DNA from: Candidatus Lokiarchaeum ossiferum
GTDB taxonomy: Archaea; Asgardarchaeota; Lokiarchaeia; Sigyniarchaeales; Promethearchaeaceae
NCBI GenBank assembly: GCA_025839675.1
Contig: CP104013.1
Span: forward strand, 1,350,001-1,382,000
DNA: 32,000 bases
Direction: 5' to 3'
How positions within the stretch are numbered: position 1 is the stretch's first letter; each line of letters opens with the position of its first letter. A model generated the notes under the pieces. That model was not told where the DNA came from. It ran no database searches and was given only the letters and a program-made list of their open reading frames with translations. Of the stretch, positions 7,475 through 17,017 are shown piece by piece. The position numbers were made by a program, and so were the translations under genes.

Positions 7475-8046
7475 TAAATTTAGTCAATCGATTACATGGT
7501 CTTTCTCTTTTCTTATTATAAAAAATTACTTATTTTTACAATCTAATCGAGAAACACGAAGTAATTTTAGTAACTTCTAATTACGAGTGATTTTTTCTAG
7601 AAAAATCTCAAAATGGAAGAGATTTTTATCAACCAGCCACAAGTATGGAAATTATGACTCAGGAAAAAATTTACATAATAAAAACTCATATATCTACAGC
7701 ACTTCATATCTTTATTCGAGGATTGGAAGGAGATGCATTACGTTAATATACTTTTGAGTTAGAAAGAAAGGTTTTATGAAAGAACTTAAGGTGAAAGAAT
7801 TTTAATTCGCGTTTCAATTGAGAAATTGAAAATTAGATACCAATTTAATTAAATTTCTTGTTAATTCATTTGAATCGGAAAACTTGAATTTTAACACTTA
7901 AGAAGAAAGCGCTAAATCAGCTGAAAGTAGTGCGAAGTGATTTTTCAGATCAGAACTCATTTTCATAAGGAGTAAGTATATTTAACGGAAATTAAAAAAT
8001 AGTAAAGATTTAAAATTTCAAAATCCTAAGAATTATTAGAGCACAT

Positions 8047-9501
8047 ATGAGTAGTAAATTTGGAATTTCCACTTATCATAATACCCAAGCGATTTATCAA
8101 AACCTTGATAAATTGCTTCAACAGCCCATTCTTGGAATAAAAGAAGACGCAATGACTAATTATCTAAATTATTTTGAGACTAAATGTCAAAAATCGAAAC
8201 ATATCATCACTGAAGCCAAGCAATATATTCCGGGAGGCGTACAGCATAATTTAGCTTTCAATTATCCATTTCCGATTGTGGTCACCAAGGCAGAAGGAGC
8301 TCACCTATATGATGTTGACGGAAACAAGTATATCGACTTTTTGCAGGGGGGAGGGCCAACAATTCTTGGAAGTAACTATCCTGCTATCCGCGATAAAGCG
8401 ATTGAAGTTCTTTCAACAGCAGGTCCAGTTACCGGATTATTTCATGAATATGAACTTAAAATTGCAAAACAAATCCATTCCTATATGCCCTCTATAGAAA
8501 TGTTTCGGATGCTGGGTAGTGGGACTGAATCAGTTATGACAGCACTTCGAATTGCTCGATTAGCCACTAAAAAGAAAAAAATAATTAAAATGGGAGGTGC
8601 TTACCACGGATGGAGTGATCAAATGGTATATGGATTACACATCCCCGGCACTCGCAGATTTGAAGCCCACGGGATCCCTGCTGCCTGCAGTCGACATACG
8701 CAAGAAGTATATCCAAATAATATAGGCGCATTAGAACGTAAATTACAATGGAATAAATTACGAGGAGGAACAGCTGCGGTTATTTTAGAACCCTTAGGTC
8801 CTGAAAGTGGTACTCGTCCGGTCGATCGAGACTATAATCAGAAAGTAAGAGATTTATGTGACAAATATGGCGCATTACTCATATTTGATGAAGTTGTTAC
8901 TGCATTTCGGGTTGGTTTGGGAGGTGCTCAAGGGTATTTTGGAATCAAACCAGATTTGACTATTTTTGGCAAAATAGTCGCTGGAGGCTATCCTGCAGCC
9001 GGTGGAATTGGAGGGAGAAAAGATTTAATTTCCTATCTCGCAGCAGGTTTGGAAAGCGGAAAGAAACGTGCCTATTGTGGTGGAACTATGGCCGCCAATC
9101 CATTAAGCGCCGCCATGGGATATTACACATTAAAAGAAATCGAGCGAACCGATGCATGTGTTAAAGCGGGGCAAGCAGGAGATCAAATCACCCAAGGACT
9201 TCAAAAATTAATTGAGGATTATGAACTCCCTTATGTTGCATATAATCAAGGCTCTATTAATCACTTAGAAACTGTAGGTGCAATGTTCATTAAACTATTT
9301 GGCTTGCAGATATTCAAAGCCTTAAAAGAAATAAAAGCCCGAAAATTCGCCATGGAACAGTATGGAGCAGCTTATATGGCCGAAGGGATGGTCACTCTTG
9401 CGGGAAGTCGTCTTTATACAAGTATGGCAGATACTCCAGATGTTATCACAGATGCATTACAACGATTTGAACGGGTGTTTCAAAATATTCAAAAGAAGTG
9501 A
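8047..9501 (+). CDS. Class III PLP-dependent aminotransferase/aminomutase, glutamate-1-semialdehyde 2,1-aminomutase-like paralog with an N-terminal extension
   Basis: KSKHIITEAKQYIPGGVQHN...AEGAHLYDVDGNKYIDF...GSGTESVMTALRIARLAT...LIFDEVVTAFRVGLGGAQGYFGIKPDLTIFGKIVAGGYPAAG. This has the GSA-aminomutase-type layout, including the D-E-V-x-T-x-F-R and (L/F)-G-K-(I)-x-(G)-G-G PLP-lysine motifs. About 45 extra residues precede the HemL-like start. Confidence 0.85.
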   Translation: MSSKFGISTYHNTQAIYQNLDKLLQQPILGIKEDAMTNYLNYFETKCQKSKHIITEAKQYIPGGVQHNLAFNYPFPIVVTKAEGAHLYDVDGNKYIDFLQGGGPTILGSNYPAIRDKAIEVLSTAGPVTGLFHEYELKIAKQIHSYMPSIEMFRMLGSGTESVMTALRIARLATKKKKIIKMGGAYHGWSDQMVYGLHIPGTRRFEAHGIPAACSRHTQEVYPNNIGALERKLQWNKLRGGTAAVILEPLGPESGTRPVDRDYNQKVRDLCDKYGALLIFDEVVTAFRVGLGGAQGYFGIKPDLTIFGKIVAGGYPAAGGIGGRKDLISYLAAGLESGKKRAYCGGTMAANPLSAAMGYYTLKEIERTDACVKAGQAGDQITQGLQKLIEDYELPYVAYNQGSINHLETVGAMFIKLFGLQIFKALKEIKARKFAMEQYGAAYMAEGMVTLAGSRLYTSMADTPDVITDALQRFERVFQNIQKK

Positions 9502-9503
9502 AA

Positions 9504-10163
9504 ATGATGAACGAAACAGAATTGGAAGTTAAAAAAATTGTTTGCGAAGCAGGAAAACGATTATCTACCAGCGGATTAGTTGCGGGAACATGGGGAAATA
9601 TCAGTTGTCGAGTAGATGATGATACGATGGTGATAACACCCAGTGGTGTAAATTATGATACTGCTTCAGAAGCAGATATGGTAGTAGTGAATTTACATAA
9701 CATGGAATATCAAGGTCAACATAAACCATCAACGGAAGTGGGACTACATGCCAAGATTTATTTGACCCGAAAGGAAGTGAATGCAATAATTCACACCCAT
9801 TCAATGAACGCATCAACAGTCGCAGCAGCGCGTCGTGAAGTTCCCCCAATATTGGATGATATGGCACAAATTGTAGGTCCATCCATTCGAGTTGCAGAAT
9901 ATGCCTTACCTGGGACAAAGAAAATCACCAATAATACGGTCAAAGCCCTCCGAGGTCGAAATGCGGTTTTAATGGCAAATCATGGAGCCTTAGCCGTGGG
10001 TCGAGATATTGAAGAAGCCTTTACCACATGTTTAGTTTTAGAGAAAGCATGTAAAGCATTTATCGAAGCAGAATTTATGGGAGGAGCTAAGTCCATTAAC
10101 AAATTCGAAGCTCACATAATGCATCAGTACTATTTACGTAAGTATTCAAAGAAAAAGCGATAG
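9504..10163 (+). CDS. Class II aldolase/adducin-family protein (FucA / AraD / MtnB-like)
   Basis: GLVAGTWGNISCR...MVITPSG...KPSTEVGLHAKIY...AIIHTHSMNAS...VLMANHGALAVGRDIEEAF. The catalytic Glu and the three metal-binding His positions of class II aldolases are present. A GTG at 9498 overlaps the upstream TGA, or ATG 9504 lies 2 nt after it. Either way this indicates an operon with the aminotransferase. Confidence 0.85.
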   Translation: MMNETELEVKKIVCEAGKRLSTSGLVAGTWGNISCRVDDDTMVITPSGVNYDTASEADMVVVNLHNMEYQGQHKPSTEVGLHAKIYLTRKEVNAIIHTHSMNASTVAAARREVPPILDDMAQIVGPSIRVAEYALPGTKKITNNTVKALRGRNAVLMANHGALAVGRDIEEAFTTCLVLEKACKAFIEAEFMGGAKSINKFEAHIMHQYYLRKYSKKKR

Positions 10164-10358
10164 AATTTGAAGAAAAAAGGAAAAAATCTGATCCACTTTC
10201 TATTCATTCCTTGGGAGGAAACTTCCTTTAAGTTTTTTAAACCTTTAATTTTTATATTTTACCTTGAAATCCATGATATTCTAAAGTAGGATCCCAGTAA
10301 AAATCAACAATTTTAACAAAATAAATATTAGAAGAAAGGAAAAAAAGGAAAAATTTCC

Positions 10359-10367
10359 AAAAAAAAA
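10359..10367 (-). terminator. T9 tract (A9 on the plus strand) about 20 nt downstream of the OsmC-like gene stop
   Basis: ccaaaaaaaaactc on the plus strand. This is an oligo-T on the transcribed strand just after the stop at 10387. Confidence 0.4.
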
Positions 10368-10386
10368 CTCAACAATCCAAAAAGTT

Positions 10387-10902
10387 TTATTCACTCTTTT
10401 TAATTTGGACTTTAGGAGTGATTGGAGAAGCACCATTAATATTGGTTATGATTGGGCAATGAGTTAACACTTTTTCCATCATTGCTTCGACTTTCTCTTT
10501 TGGAGCGGGGGATTTAATTTTTATTATAGGTTCCAATTTGTCATAACCAGCGAGTAAATTGTCATCTAAACCGAAAACAGCACCTAAATTAATATGACCT
10601 CGGCTGAATACCTTCAATTCATCGATTTGGATATCCATAATTTTAGACCAGAATTTGGTGACCGCAACAATACAAGCACCAATAGATCCAAGAATGACTA
10701 ATAATGGACTAGGACCTTCATTTAACCCATCTAAACCTGGAGGAGCATCAATCGTAAACACAAACGGTTTGGCACCCATTTTGACTTCGGTCTTCATGCC
10801 ATCAGGTAGCATGGTGCATTCAACATTAAAATTTTTTTCTCCTTTGGAGATATCTGCTTTAATCGCTTCGTATGTTTCTTTAAAACTTGGCATATTGATC
10901 AT
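10387..10902 (-). CDS. OsmC/Ohr-family peroxiredoxin-like protein
   Basis: GLDGLNEGPSPLLVILGSIGACIVAVTKF...KVEAMMEKVLTHCPIITNI. The two conserved Cys contexts (G-x-C-x and H-C-P-(V/I)) and the P-x-x-L-L motif of the OsmC fold are present. Confidence 0.75.
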   Translation of the reverse strand: MINMPSFKETYEAIKADISKGEKNFNVECTMLPDGMKTEVKMGAKPFVFTIDAPPGLDGLNEGPSPLLVILGSIGACIVAVTKFWSKIMDIQIDELKVFSRGHINLGAVFGLDDNLLAGYDKLEPIIKIKSPAPKEKVEAMMEKVLTHCPIITNINGASPITPKVQIKKSE

Positions 10903-11153
10903 CTATCTAACACATCAATATTCATCGAATTAATGAAAAAGAATGCGTCACGAATATGTATTCATATAGATTAATAAATTTTGGTTTTTTACTTTTGATA
11001 TCACTTTTTCAACATTTTTGCTGAAAAAAATAATCTTTTTGAAATAAAATTGACATAGTTTTAACAATTTTGATCAATCTATGGAACACTCAAAAATAAA
11101 TTGAGCAAAAAAAAAGGAGATAGAAAAAATGCCCATCGATTTAGAGCAAAAGT

Positions 11154-11843
11154 TTATTCTTGTTTAACTAATGTAGTACTGAGCAATAGATCAATTATTT
11201 TTTTCTTCTTGCGAATAAAAGGGACCGTTTGCAACACAATAATCATTTCAGAACCAATTTTTAAAGTCACAGTACCAGCACCCATAGAAATCAACTCGAA
11301 TATATCCGTGAATTCAATATTTAATTGCAAATTAGTGGTTGGAAATCGTTCAGATTTTCCTTGAGCCAGACCTTTGATATAGATCTCATTTTTTTCAATC
11401 TTGACAAAATGTACTTGAGCTTGGATAATTGCAGCAATTATTGTAAAGCCTAAAATTCCAAGAACCCATGCATAGAATTTAGAATCTAGAGTAAAATCAA
11501 ATAATGTACGAATACTTGCAATGAAAGCAAATAAATCAATCGTACCGTTATGATCCAACAAGACTAAACCCATTCCAATTAAAATAACTACAAGAAAAAG
11601 CACAAAGAACTTTATACTCGAGAAATCAAAGCCAACAATTACAAGATTTATGAAGAATATAAAAATCCAAATAATAGCAAGTTGCGAAATTGGCTCTCGC
11701 CCCAATTTTTCTCCCCCATATTGCACAACCAAGGCAATGAGAGTATAAATAAAAAGGGGATAAAATAAAATAATCTTAGAATAATTCTTTAACACTACGC
11801 GATTTTTGGGTTTTGTAGAATTTGCTTTAGTTTTCGAAGTCAT
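11154..11843 (-). CDS. Membrane protein with about 4-5 TM helices and a C-terminal beta-rich domain, possibly bPH/YdbT-like
   Basis: 229 aa. A hydrophobic N-terminal two-thirds is followed by HFVKIEKNEIYIKGLAQGKSERFPTTNLQLNIEFTDIFELISMGAGTVTLKIGSEMIIVLQTVPFIRKKKKI. This resembles bacterial PH (bPH_2) domains, but the domain assignment is tentative. Confidence 0.55.
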   Translation of the reverse strand: MTSKTKANSTKPKNRVVLKNYSKIILFYPLFIYTLIALVVQYGGEKLGREPISQLAIIWIFIFFINLVIVGFDFSSIKFFVLFLVVILIGMGLVLLDHNGTIDLFAFIASIRTLFDFTLDSKFYAWVLGILGFTIIAAIIQAQVHFVKIEKNEIYIKGLAQGKSERFPTTNLQLNIEFTDIFELISMGAGTVTLKIGSEMIIVLQTVPFIRKKKKIIDLLLSTTLVKQE

Positions 11844-11908
11844 ATAGATAGGTATGATTTTTCCACCTAAAGCCCTTTATATTCCAAGGGAGATAAAAAA
11901 AAGAAGCA

Positions 11909-13318
11909 TTAACGATAGAGATTCATTTTAATTGTTTCTTGAGTTATTCTTGCCTCTTCAGCAGCAAAAGCCATAAAATGGGATTCCATCGCGGTTTCAA
12001 TATCAGCATAGCCTGCCTTTTCCGGAGATTTTACACCAAGGAGAACAGATGTAAATGCATCCATCATTCCAAAATCACCCCCACCATGCCCCGCCATGTT
12101 CATTCCGGTTTTATAAACGGTTATTGGAATGCTATCACTAAAATTAGTCACTACCACTTCTTCGTGCTCTGCACGAAAAACTCCACGAATACTCCCTTTG
12201 GTTCCAAAAATTCGAATTTCCCTACCTTCTATATCCGATAATCCATGCACAGTTAAAGTGCCAGTTACTCCAGAGGGAAAATTGAAGGTAGAAACTTGAT
12301 GATCCACCACATCATTTCCTGTTTTATAGATACATTTTCCATAAGGTCCTTCTCGGAGAGCTTTCATCCGACCTTCGACGGTTAAATCAGTTGTGATGAT
12401 GCTAGATGGCCAATCCTTCCAGTCTAAGAATGATTTATATTTAGGGGCTAACTTAAATAGATGACCTGCCAGTTTACGGTGCTTTAATACAATTTTGGCT
12501 AAAAACTTTAAAAATTTATTAGAACTTGTAAAAATCTCTTGAATAATAGGTTTTCCACGAAGATATAAGGAAGGAGCATACCATGGGCAAGTTGACGCAT
12601 GACTACACCCATCAGTACATCGATCTGCTGCATTTTCAGGAGCATTTTCAGGACGATAATGGGAGAGGTTCCCCGTAGATTGCACATTGAGCGGTTGTTT
12701 TCCAATAAGCCAAAACATAAGATCTAAATCATGACAGCTTTTTGCTAAAATGAGAGGGGAAGAGGTCGCCTTATTTTTCCAATTGCCTCGCACAAAGGAA
12801 TGGCCAAAATGCCAAAAAGAGACATTTTCAGAATGATCATAATGAATTATACGCCCGATTCTACCAGAATCAACCACATTCTTAATAGATTTCCAAAACT
12901 CCGTATAGCGAAGTACATGTCCCACTTGAATATATTGATCCTTTTCTGTTCTTAATTTAACCAACTCTTGACATTCTGCCAAGTGAGGAGAAATGGGTTT
13001 TTCTAATAATATATGGTAACCCAATTCAATTGCCATTTTAGTAGGGAAAAAATGCTTATCATCTTGAGTACATATGAAAACAACGTCTGCGATCTTGCCC
13101 ACTGTTGGATTTAGGATATCTTCCCAGTTTGTATATGCATGAGAGTCGGGAATGTTATGAAGTGATTGATATCGTTTACGTTTTTCAGGTATAGGTTCAG
13201 CAACAGCAATCATTTTTAATCTATGAGGTTTTTCAAGGGCGTACAAACCATAGGCATCCACTCCCCGATTTCCAGCACCAATCATTATTCCGGTTACAGG
13301 AGTTCTTGTACTATTCAT
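11909..13318 (-). CDS. Gfo/Idh/MocA-family NAD(P)-dependent oxidoreductase, long form with a Cys-rich insert
   Basis: The N-terminal Rossmann motif is IMIGAGNRGVDAY...MIAVAEP...ADVVFICTQDDKHFFPTKMAIELGYHILLEKPIS (E-K-P motif). The insert is RCTDGCSHASTCPWY (C-x3-C-x5-C). Confidence 0.85.
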   Translation of the reverse strand: MNSTRTPVTGIMIGAGNRGVDAYGLYALEKPHRLKMIAVAEPIPEKRKRYQSLHNIPDSHAYTNWEDILNPTVGKIADVVFICTQDDKHFFPTKMAIELGYHILLEKPISPHLAECQELVKLRTEKDQYIQVGHVLRYTEFWKSIKNVVDSGRIGRIIHYDHSENVSFWHFGHSFVRGNWKNKATSSPLILAKSCHDLDLMFWLIGKQPLNVQSTGNLSHYRPENAPENAADRCTDGCSHASTCPWYAPSLYLRGKPIIQEIFTSSNKFLKFLAKIVLKHRKLAGHLFKLAPKYKSFLDWKDWPSSIITTDLTVEGRMKALREGPYGKCIYKTGNDVVDHQVSTFNFPSGVTGTLTVHGLSDIEGREIRIFGTKGSIRGVFRAEHEEVVVTNFSDSIPITVYKTGMNMAGHGGGDFGMMDAFTSVLLGVKSPEKAGYADIETAMESHFMAFAAEEARITQETIKMNLYR

Positions 13319-13458
13319 GATTGATTAAATTATTTTTTCTATATATGATCTCGGATTTCCATTTGTCTCTTATGTAAAAAAGACTTTAATTAGTTTAAAA
13401 AAAGAACACACAAATAATTCGAAAAAATTTTCAAGCACGATGCATTGACAAAGCTATC

Positions 13459-13716
13459 ATGGCACCTGATGAAGAAGAAATTGAAGAAGAAGAAGAATTT
13501 GTTGAAAAAACCTTCACTTGTCGCGATTGTGGCAACACAGTCGAATACGGAGAAGGTGATGATATGATTCACCTTTGCGATGACTGTTTGGAATTATATA
13601 AGGAAGATAAAATTTGGAAAGATTTCGATGCTGGAAAAATTGGAGAAGAAGATTTGACCAGTTTTGATCTCACCCCTTATTTGAATCCTAAAGGTAAGAA
13701 GAAAAAAGGAAAGTAA
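13459..13716 (+). CDS. Small acidic protein with a CxxC...CxxC zinc-ribbon-like motif and a Lys-rich tail
   Basis: MAPDEEEIEEEEEFVEKTFTCRDCGNTVEYGEGDDMIHLCDDCLELY...KGKKKKGK. There is no recognisable family, and T-rich tracts follow the stop. Confidence 0.5.
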   Translation: MAPDEEEIEEEEEFVEKTFTCRDCGNTVEYGEGDDMIHLCDDCLELYKEDKIWKDFDAGKIGEEDLTSFDLTPYLNPKGKKKKGK

Positions 13717-14231
13717 TTTTTCTTTATTTTTTGTAAACAAATTAATTTAAGGGAAGAATTCTGAGATTATGGAAGACTTCCGAAGAATTTTTCCAATTCT
13801 TTTTTTTGATTAAAAATTATTTCTCAATTTTTGGAAGCTAACTTGACGGATTTTTGTCGGAATAGATCAAAGATCCTACATTTTTTGAAAGCGAAGAGAT
13901 ATCCTTCAGATTAATAATAATATATAATAATTCCAACAATTCTACTGAATAATTCTAACACCAACGATTTAATAACCTTAATTTTCTCTATATTATCATG
14001 GCAGCTTCCACAGCACAAGTTCGACTGGAAGATTGTTTAATTTCTGAGGAACATCTTCCAAATTCTAAACCAAAGATGCGATGGGCAGACGAACTAGATT
14101 TTCCCCAAGATGAAATCTGGTTACGAATCCGATATCAGTGATAGGTCCTTTTTTTATTCCATCATTAAGGAATACGTAAAAAATAAAATGTGTTCTACCA
14201 ATTTTTATCCCTTATTTAAGAAAGTCCGAAA

Positions 14232-16040
14232 TTACTCATTAATTTCTTGATATAATTCTAAGTGGATTTTTCGAAGAATTTCAGAATCAAATTTCACTAC
14301 TTTCCGATCATAGGTCACCAACCCATTATACTCAATTTCTACATCGCTAGTTTGGGTGTAGATTATTCCACTCAACCCTTGTTTAATGAGAGGCTTAATT
14401 TTTTGCAGAAACAAGTCTTTGAATTTAGATTGCATTTCGGCTATATTTTGAAATTTTTTGTATCCAAATTTTTTCTTAGGATTCCATAGATGATCATCGA
14501 TCATAAGCGTATAGCCACCAAATTCTGAAAATATAATGACACGTTGACTTTCAAGAGCAGGGAGCTTGATTTTTTGAGAATAATTATGAATACTTTTAAA
14601 ATCTCCACATCCTTGATCAAACCATCCTGAAGCATGATCCACTAATCGACTAGGATCATGGTTTTTGATCATCGCGGAAATTCGTTCCGAGTCAAATTGG
14701 CCCCACGCTTCATTGAAAGGAACCCAAATTGCAATGGAAGGTACATTATATAACCCATCCAACATTTCTATTAATTCTGTCTCAAAATTCGATCGGAGAG
14801 CTGGATCTTTATAACCAGAAAATGCATAATGGCGATCATCACGAATCTTTTTCTTTAATAACATACTAATTATACCTTGACGATAGATCACCCCCTTTCC
14901 ACCGCCATTAGGCATGTCTTGCCACACAAGCATTCCAATTTTATCACAATAGTGGTACCAGCGAGCCATTTCAACTTTGATGTGTTTGCGAACTGAATTA
15001 AAACCCATAGCCTTCATCATTTTGATATCATAAAGTAATGCTTCATCACATGGCGCGGTATATAACCCATCGGGCCAGAAACCTTGATCTAACACGCCGC
15101 TCATAAAATAGGGGAGATTATTTAAGAAAAATCGTGTTTTACCAGACTTATCCTTATGTAAACAAAATTTTCGCATAGCAAAATAACTATCCACTACATC
15201 TATTACTTCTTCATTTTTCATCAGAGTGAACTTTATATCGTATAAATAGGGGGATTCTGGAGACCATAAATGAGGATTGGGAATTTTAATGGATACTTGG
15301 GATTTTAAGGGACCAATTTCTTTGATAAGCAACTTATTATCTTCAAAAATTTCAATTTGGCACTCCATTCCTTCTGTTATAGGTGTTGAAAAATCGATAG
15401 TTAAACATTCTTTATCAATATCGGGATTATAGCGAATATTTATGAAAGAATTTTTTGAAACTGGCTCTAACCAAACAGTTTGCCAAATTCCAGAAATTGG
15501 AGTATAGAAAACCATCGAGGGTTTCAACCATTGTTTCCCAGAAGGTTGGCGTCCTGTTTCAGAAGGATCCCATACTTCTACAACTAATTCGTTTTCTTGA
15601 TCACGCATTATATAATCAGAGATATTAAAAGAAAAGGGATTATAACCTCCTTTATGTTGACCAACGTTTTTTCCGTTCACATAGACAGTTGTTTTCCAAT
15701 CAACGGCGCCAAAATGAAGAATTACATCTTTGTGTTCCCATAATTCAGGAATTCGAAAGCTTCTGCGATACCAGATCTTGTTATTGGGCAAGATAGGTTG
15801 TTGAACTCCAGATAATGCCGATTCGGGACAAAAGGGAACTAAAATTTGGTGATCATATCGAGTAAGTATGGAAGAAGGTTCAGTTTCAATTCGAAAATCC
15901 CATAACCCGTTCAAATTTAGCCATTCACTGCGTTGCATCTGCGGTCTTGGATATTCTTGCCACACATTAGTTTCGGTAATAGAATCAGCCCATGGTGTCA
16001 TTAATGGAGCTTTTTTTTTAGCCCATGGAATTTGCGCCAT
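14232..16040 (-). CDS. Glycoside hydrolase family 2 protein (beta-galactosidase / beta-glucuronidase / beta-mannosidase-like)
   Basis: EYPRPQMQRSEWLNLNGLWDF...YRRSFRIP...ILHFGAVDWKTTVYVNGKNVGQHKGGYNPFSFNISDYI...ELVVEVWDP...GIWQTVWLEP...NSVRKH...IAIWVPFNEAWGQ...FSEFGG. This shows the GH2 sugar-binding, Ig-like and TIM-barrel signatures with N-E acid/base and E nucleophile contexts. No signal peptide is present. Confidence 0.9.
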   Translation of the reverse strand: MAQIPWAKKKAPLMTPWADSITETNVWQEYPRPQMQRSEWLNLNGLWDFRIETEPSSILTRYDHQILVPFCPESALSGVQQPILPNNKIWYRRSFRIPELWEHKDVILHFGAVDWKTTVYVNGKNVGQHKGGYNPFSFNISDYIMRDQENELVVEVWDPSETGRQPSGKQWLKPSMVFYTPISGIWQTVWLEPVSKNSFINIRYNPDIDKECLTIDFSTPITEGMECQIEIFEDNKLLIKEIGPLKSQVSIKIPNPHLWSPESPYLYDIKFTLMKNEEVIDVVDSYFAMRKFCLHKDKSGKTRFFLNNLPYFMSGVLDQGFWPDGLYTAPCDEALLYDIKMMKAMGFNSVRKHIKVEMARWYHYCDKIGMLVWQDMPNGGGKGVIYRQGIISMLLKKKIRDDRHYAFSGYKDPALRSNFETELIEMLDGLYNVPSIAIWVPFNEAWGQFDSERISAMIKNHDPSRLVDHASGWFDQGCGDFKSIHNYSQKIKLPALESQRVIIFSEFGGYTLMIDDHLWNPKKKFGYKKFQNIAEMQSKFKDLFLQKIKPLIKQGLSGIIYTQTSDVEIEYNGLVTYDRKVVKFDSEILRKIHLELYQEINE

Positions 16041-16101
16041 ATTAAATACTTTCTATGTTTTCCTATTAAAAATCTTTATAGCTTAAGACATAATAGTAAC
16101 T

Positions 16102-16956
16102 ATGAATTTAATTTTTGATGAACGAAAATGTACCAAATGCATGCAATGTAAGGCAATATGTCCAGCGGGAGTTATTTCACAAAACGAGGAGACAAAGCAA
16201 CCTTTTGAAAAATATCCTTTAGCTTGTGTTGAATGTGGACATTGTGTCGCAGTATGTCAATATGACGCAATCCAACACAAAATTCTTCCAACTGAAGAAT
16301 TCACCCTCATAAATCCAACAAATATAAGTTTTAACGATCTTAATGGGTTTATGAAACGTCGCCGAAGTATACGACGATATAAAAAGGAATCAATCCCAAA
16401 AGAGCACATTATTACTCTATTGGAATCAGTAAGATATAGTCCAACCGCAGAAAATGCTCAAGAATTAAAATATACCGTAATTACTAATCCAGATAATCTC
16501 TGGCAGATCAAATCAAAAATGGCTAAAATCTTCAATTTTGGTTATAGCGCCTCCAAGTTTTTTTTAATCAAAGCTTTGATGCCAAAGCGACTATTGAGTA
16601 GTTTAATCTCAATTATGGGCAGATGGAACAAAGGAAGTGAGAATGGAACAGAAGATCCCTTTTTACGTGGAGCACCTTGCTTAATAGTCATTTATTCAAA
16701 AAAGAAGGATTTCCTTAAAACGTGGGATGCTGGAATTGCAACCAATCATTTAATGCTTGCAGCACAATCTCTTGGTTTAGGAACAGTATGCAATGGATTT
16801 TTCGCAGTACTTGCGAATATATTTCCATCCTTAAAGAAAAAAGCCAAAATCCCACGTAAATTTAAAATTGTTGGAGCTTTGTGCGTTGGATACCCAAAAT
16901 ATGACTATGTAAAAACATGCACTCGTAAAATATTAGATTACAATATTTTTGAGTAA
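16102..16956 (+). CDS. Fusion of a 2x[4Fe-4S] ferredoxin domain with a nitroreductase-family domain
   Basis: CTKCMQCKAICPAG and CVECGHCVAVCQYDAI are two C-x2-C-x2-C-x3-C-P-type clusters. They are followed by RRSIRRYKKESIPKEHIITLLESVRYSPTAENAQ (nitroreductase FMN-binding N-terminus). Confidence 0.85.
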   Translation: MNLIFDERKCTKCMQCKAICPAGVISQNEETKQPFEKYPLACVECGHCVAVCQYDAIQHKILPTEEFTLINPTNISFNDLNGFMKRRRSIRRYKKESIPKEHIITLLESVRYSPTAENAQELKYTVITNPDNLWQIKSKMAKIFNFGYSASKFFLIKALMPKRLLSSLISIMGRWNKGSENGTEDPFLRGAPCLIVIYSKKKDFLKTWDAGIATNHLMLAAQSLGLGTVCNGFFAVLANIFPSLKKKAKIPRKFKIVGALCVGYPKYDYVKTCTRKILDYNIFE

Positions 16957-17017
16957 TTTTTATTTTTCTAGTTCAAAAGTTTCAAAAAGCTAAACAAATT
17001 CGTAACATGTGAGAATA

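Noticed and set aside
7645-7746. 33-codon ORF (MEIMTQEKIYIIKTHISTALHIFIRGLEGDALR) in the 634-bp divergent intergenic region.
   Set aside because: Length and composition are compatible with chance in AT-rich DNA, and there is no supporting signal.
8047-9501. Calling this gene hemL (heme biosynthesis glutamate-1-semialdehyde aminomutase).
   Set aside because: The fold and motifs fit. However, it has an N-terminal extension, it is operonic with a class II aldolase, and no other hem genes are nearby. I therefore left the gene symbol empty.
10915-10970. Cluster of ATTCAT/ATGAA/GAATA half-sites and short inverted repeats upstream of the OsmC-like gene (for example TTCAT-N7-ATGAA at 10921-10937 and GAATA-TG-TATTC at 10952-10963).
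   Set aside because: Arms of 5 bp made only of A/T-rich sequence are expected by chance in this composition. There is no second copy elsewhere in the window to support a motif.
13998-14141. 47-codon ORF (MAASTAQVRLEDCLISEEHLPNSKPKMRWADELDFPQDEIWLRIRYQ) in the 515-bp spacer before the GH2 gene end.
   Set aside because: It is plausible as a small protein, with an A/T-rich box about 30 nt upstream. It is too short to support without conservation or expression data, and I recognise no motif.
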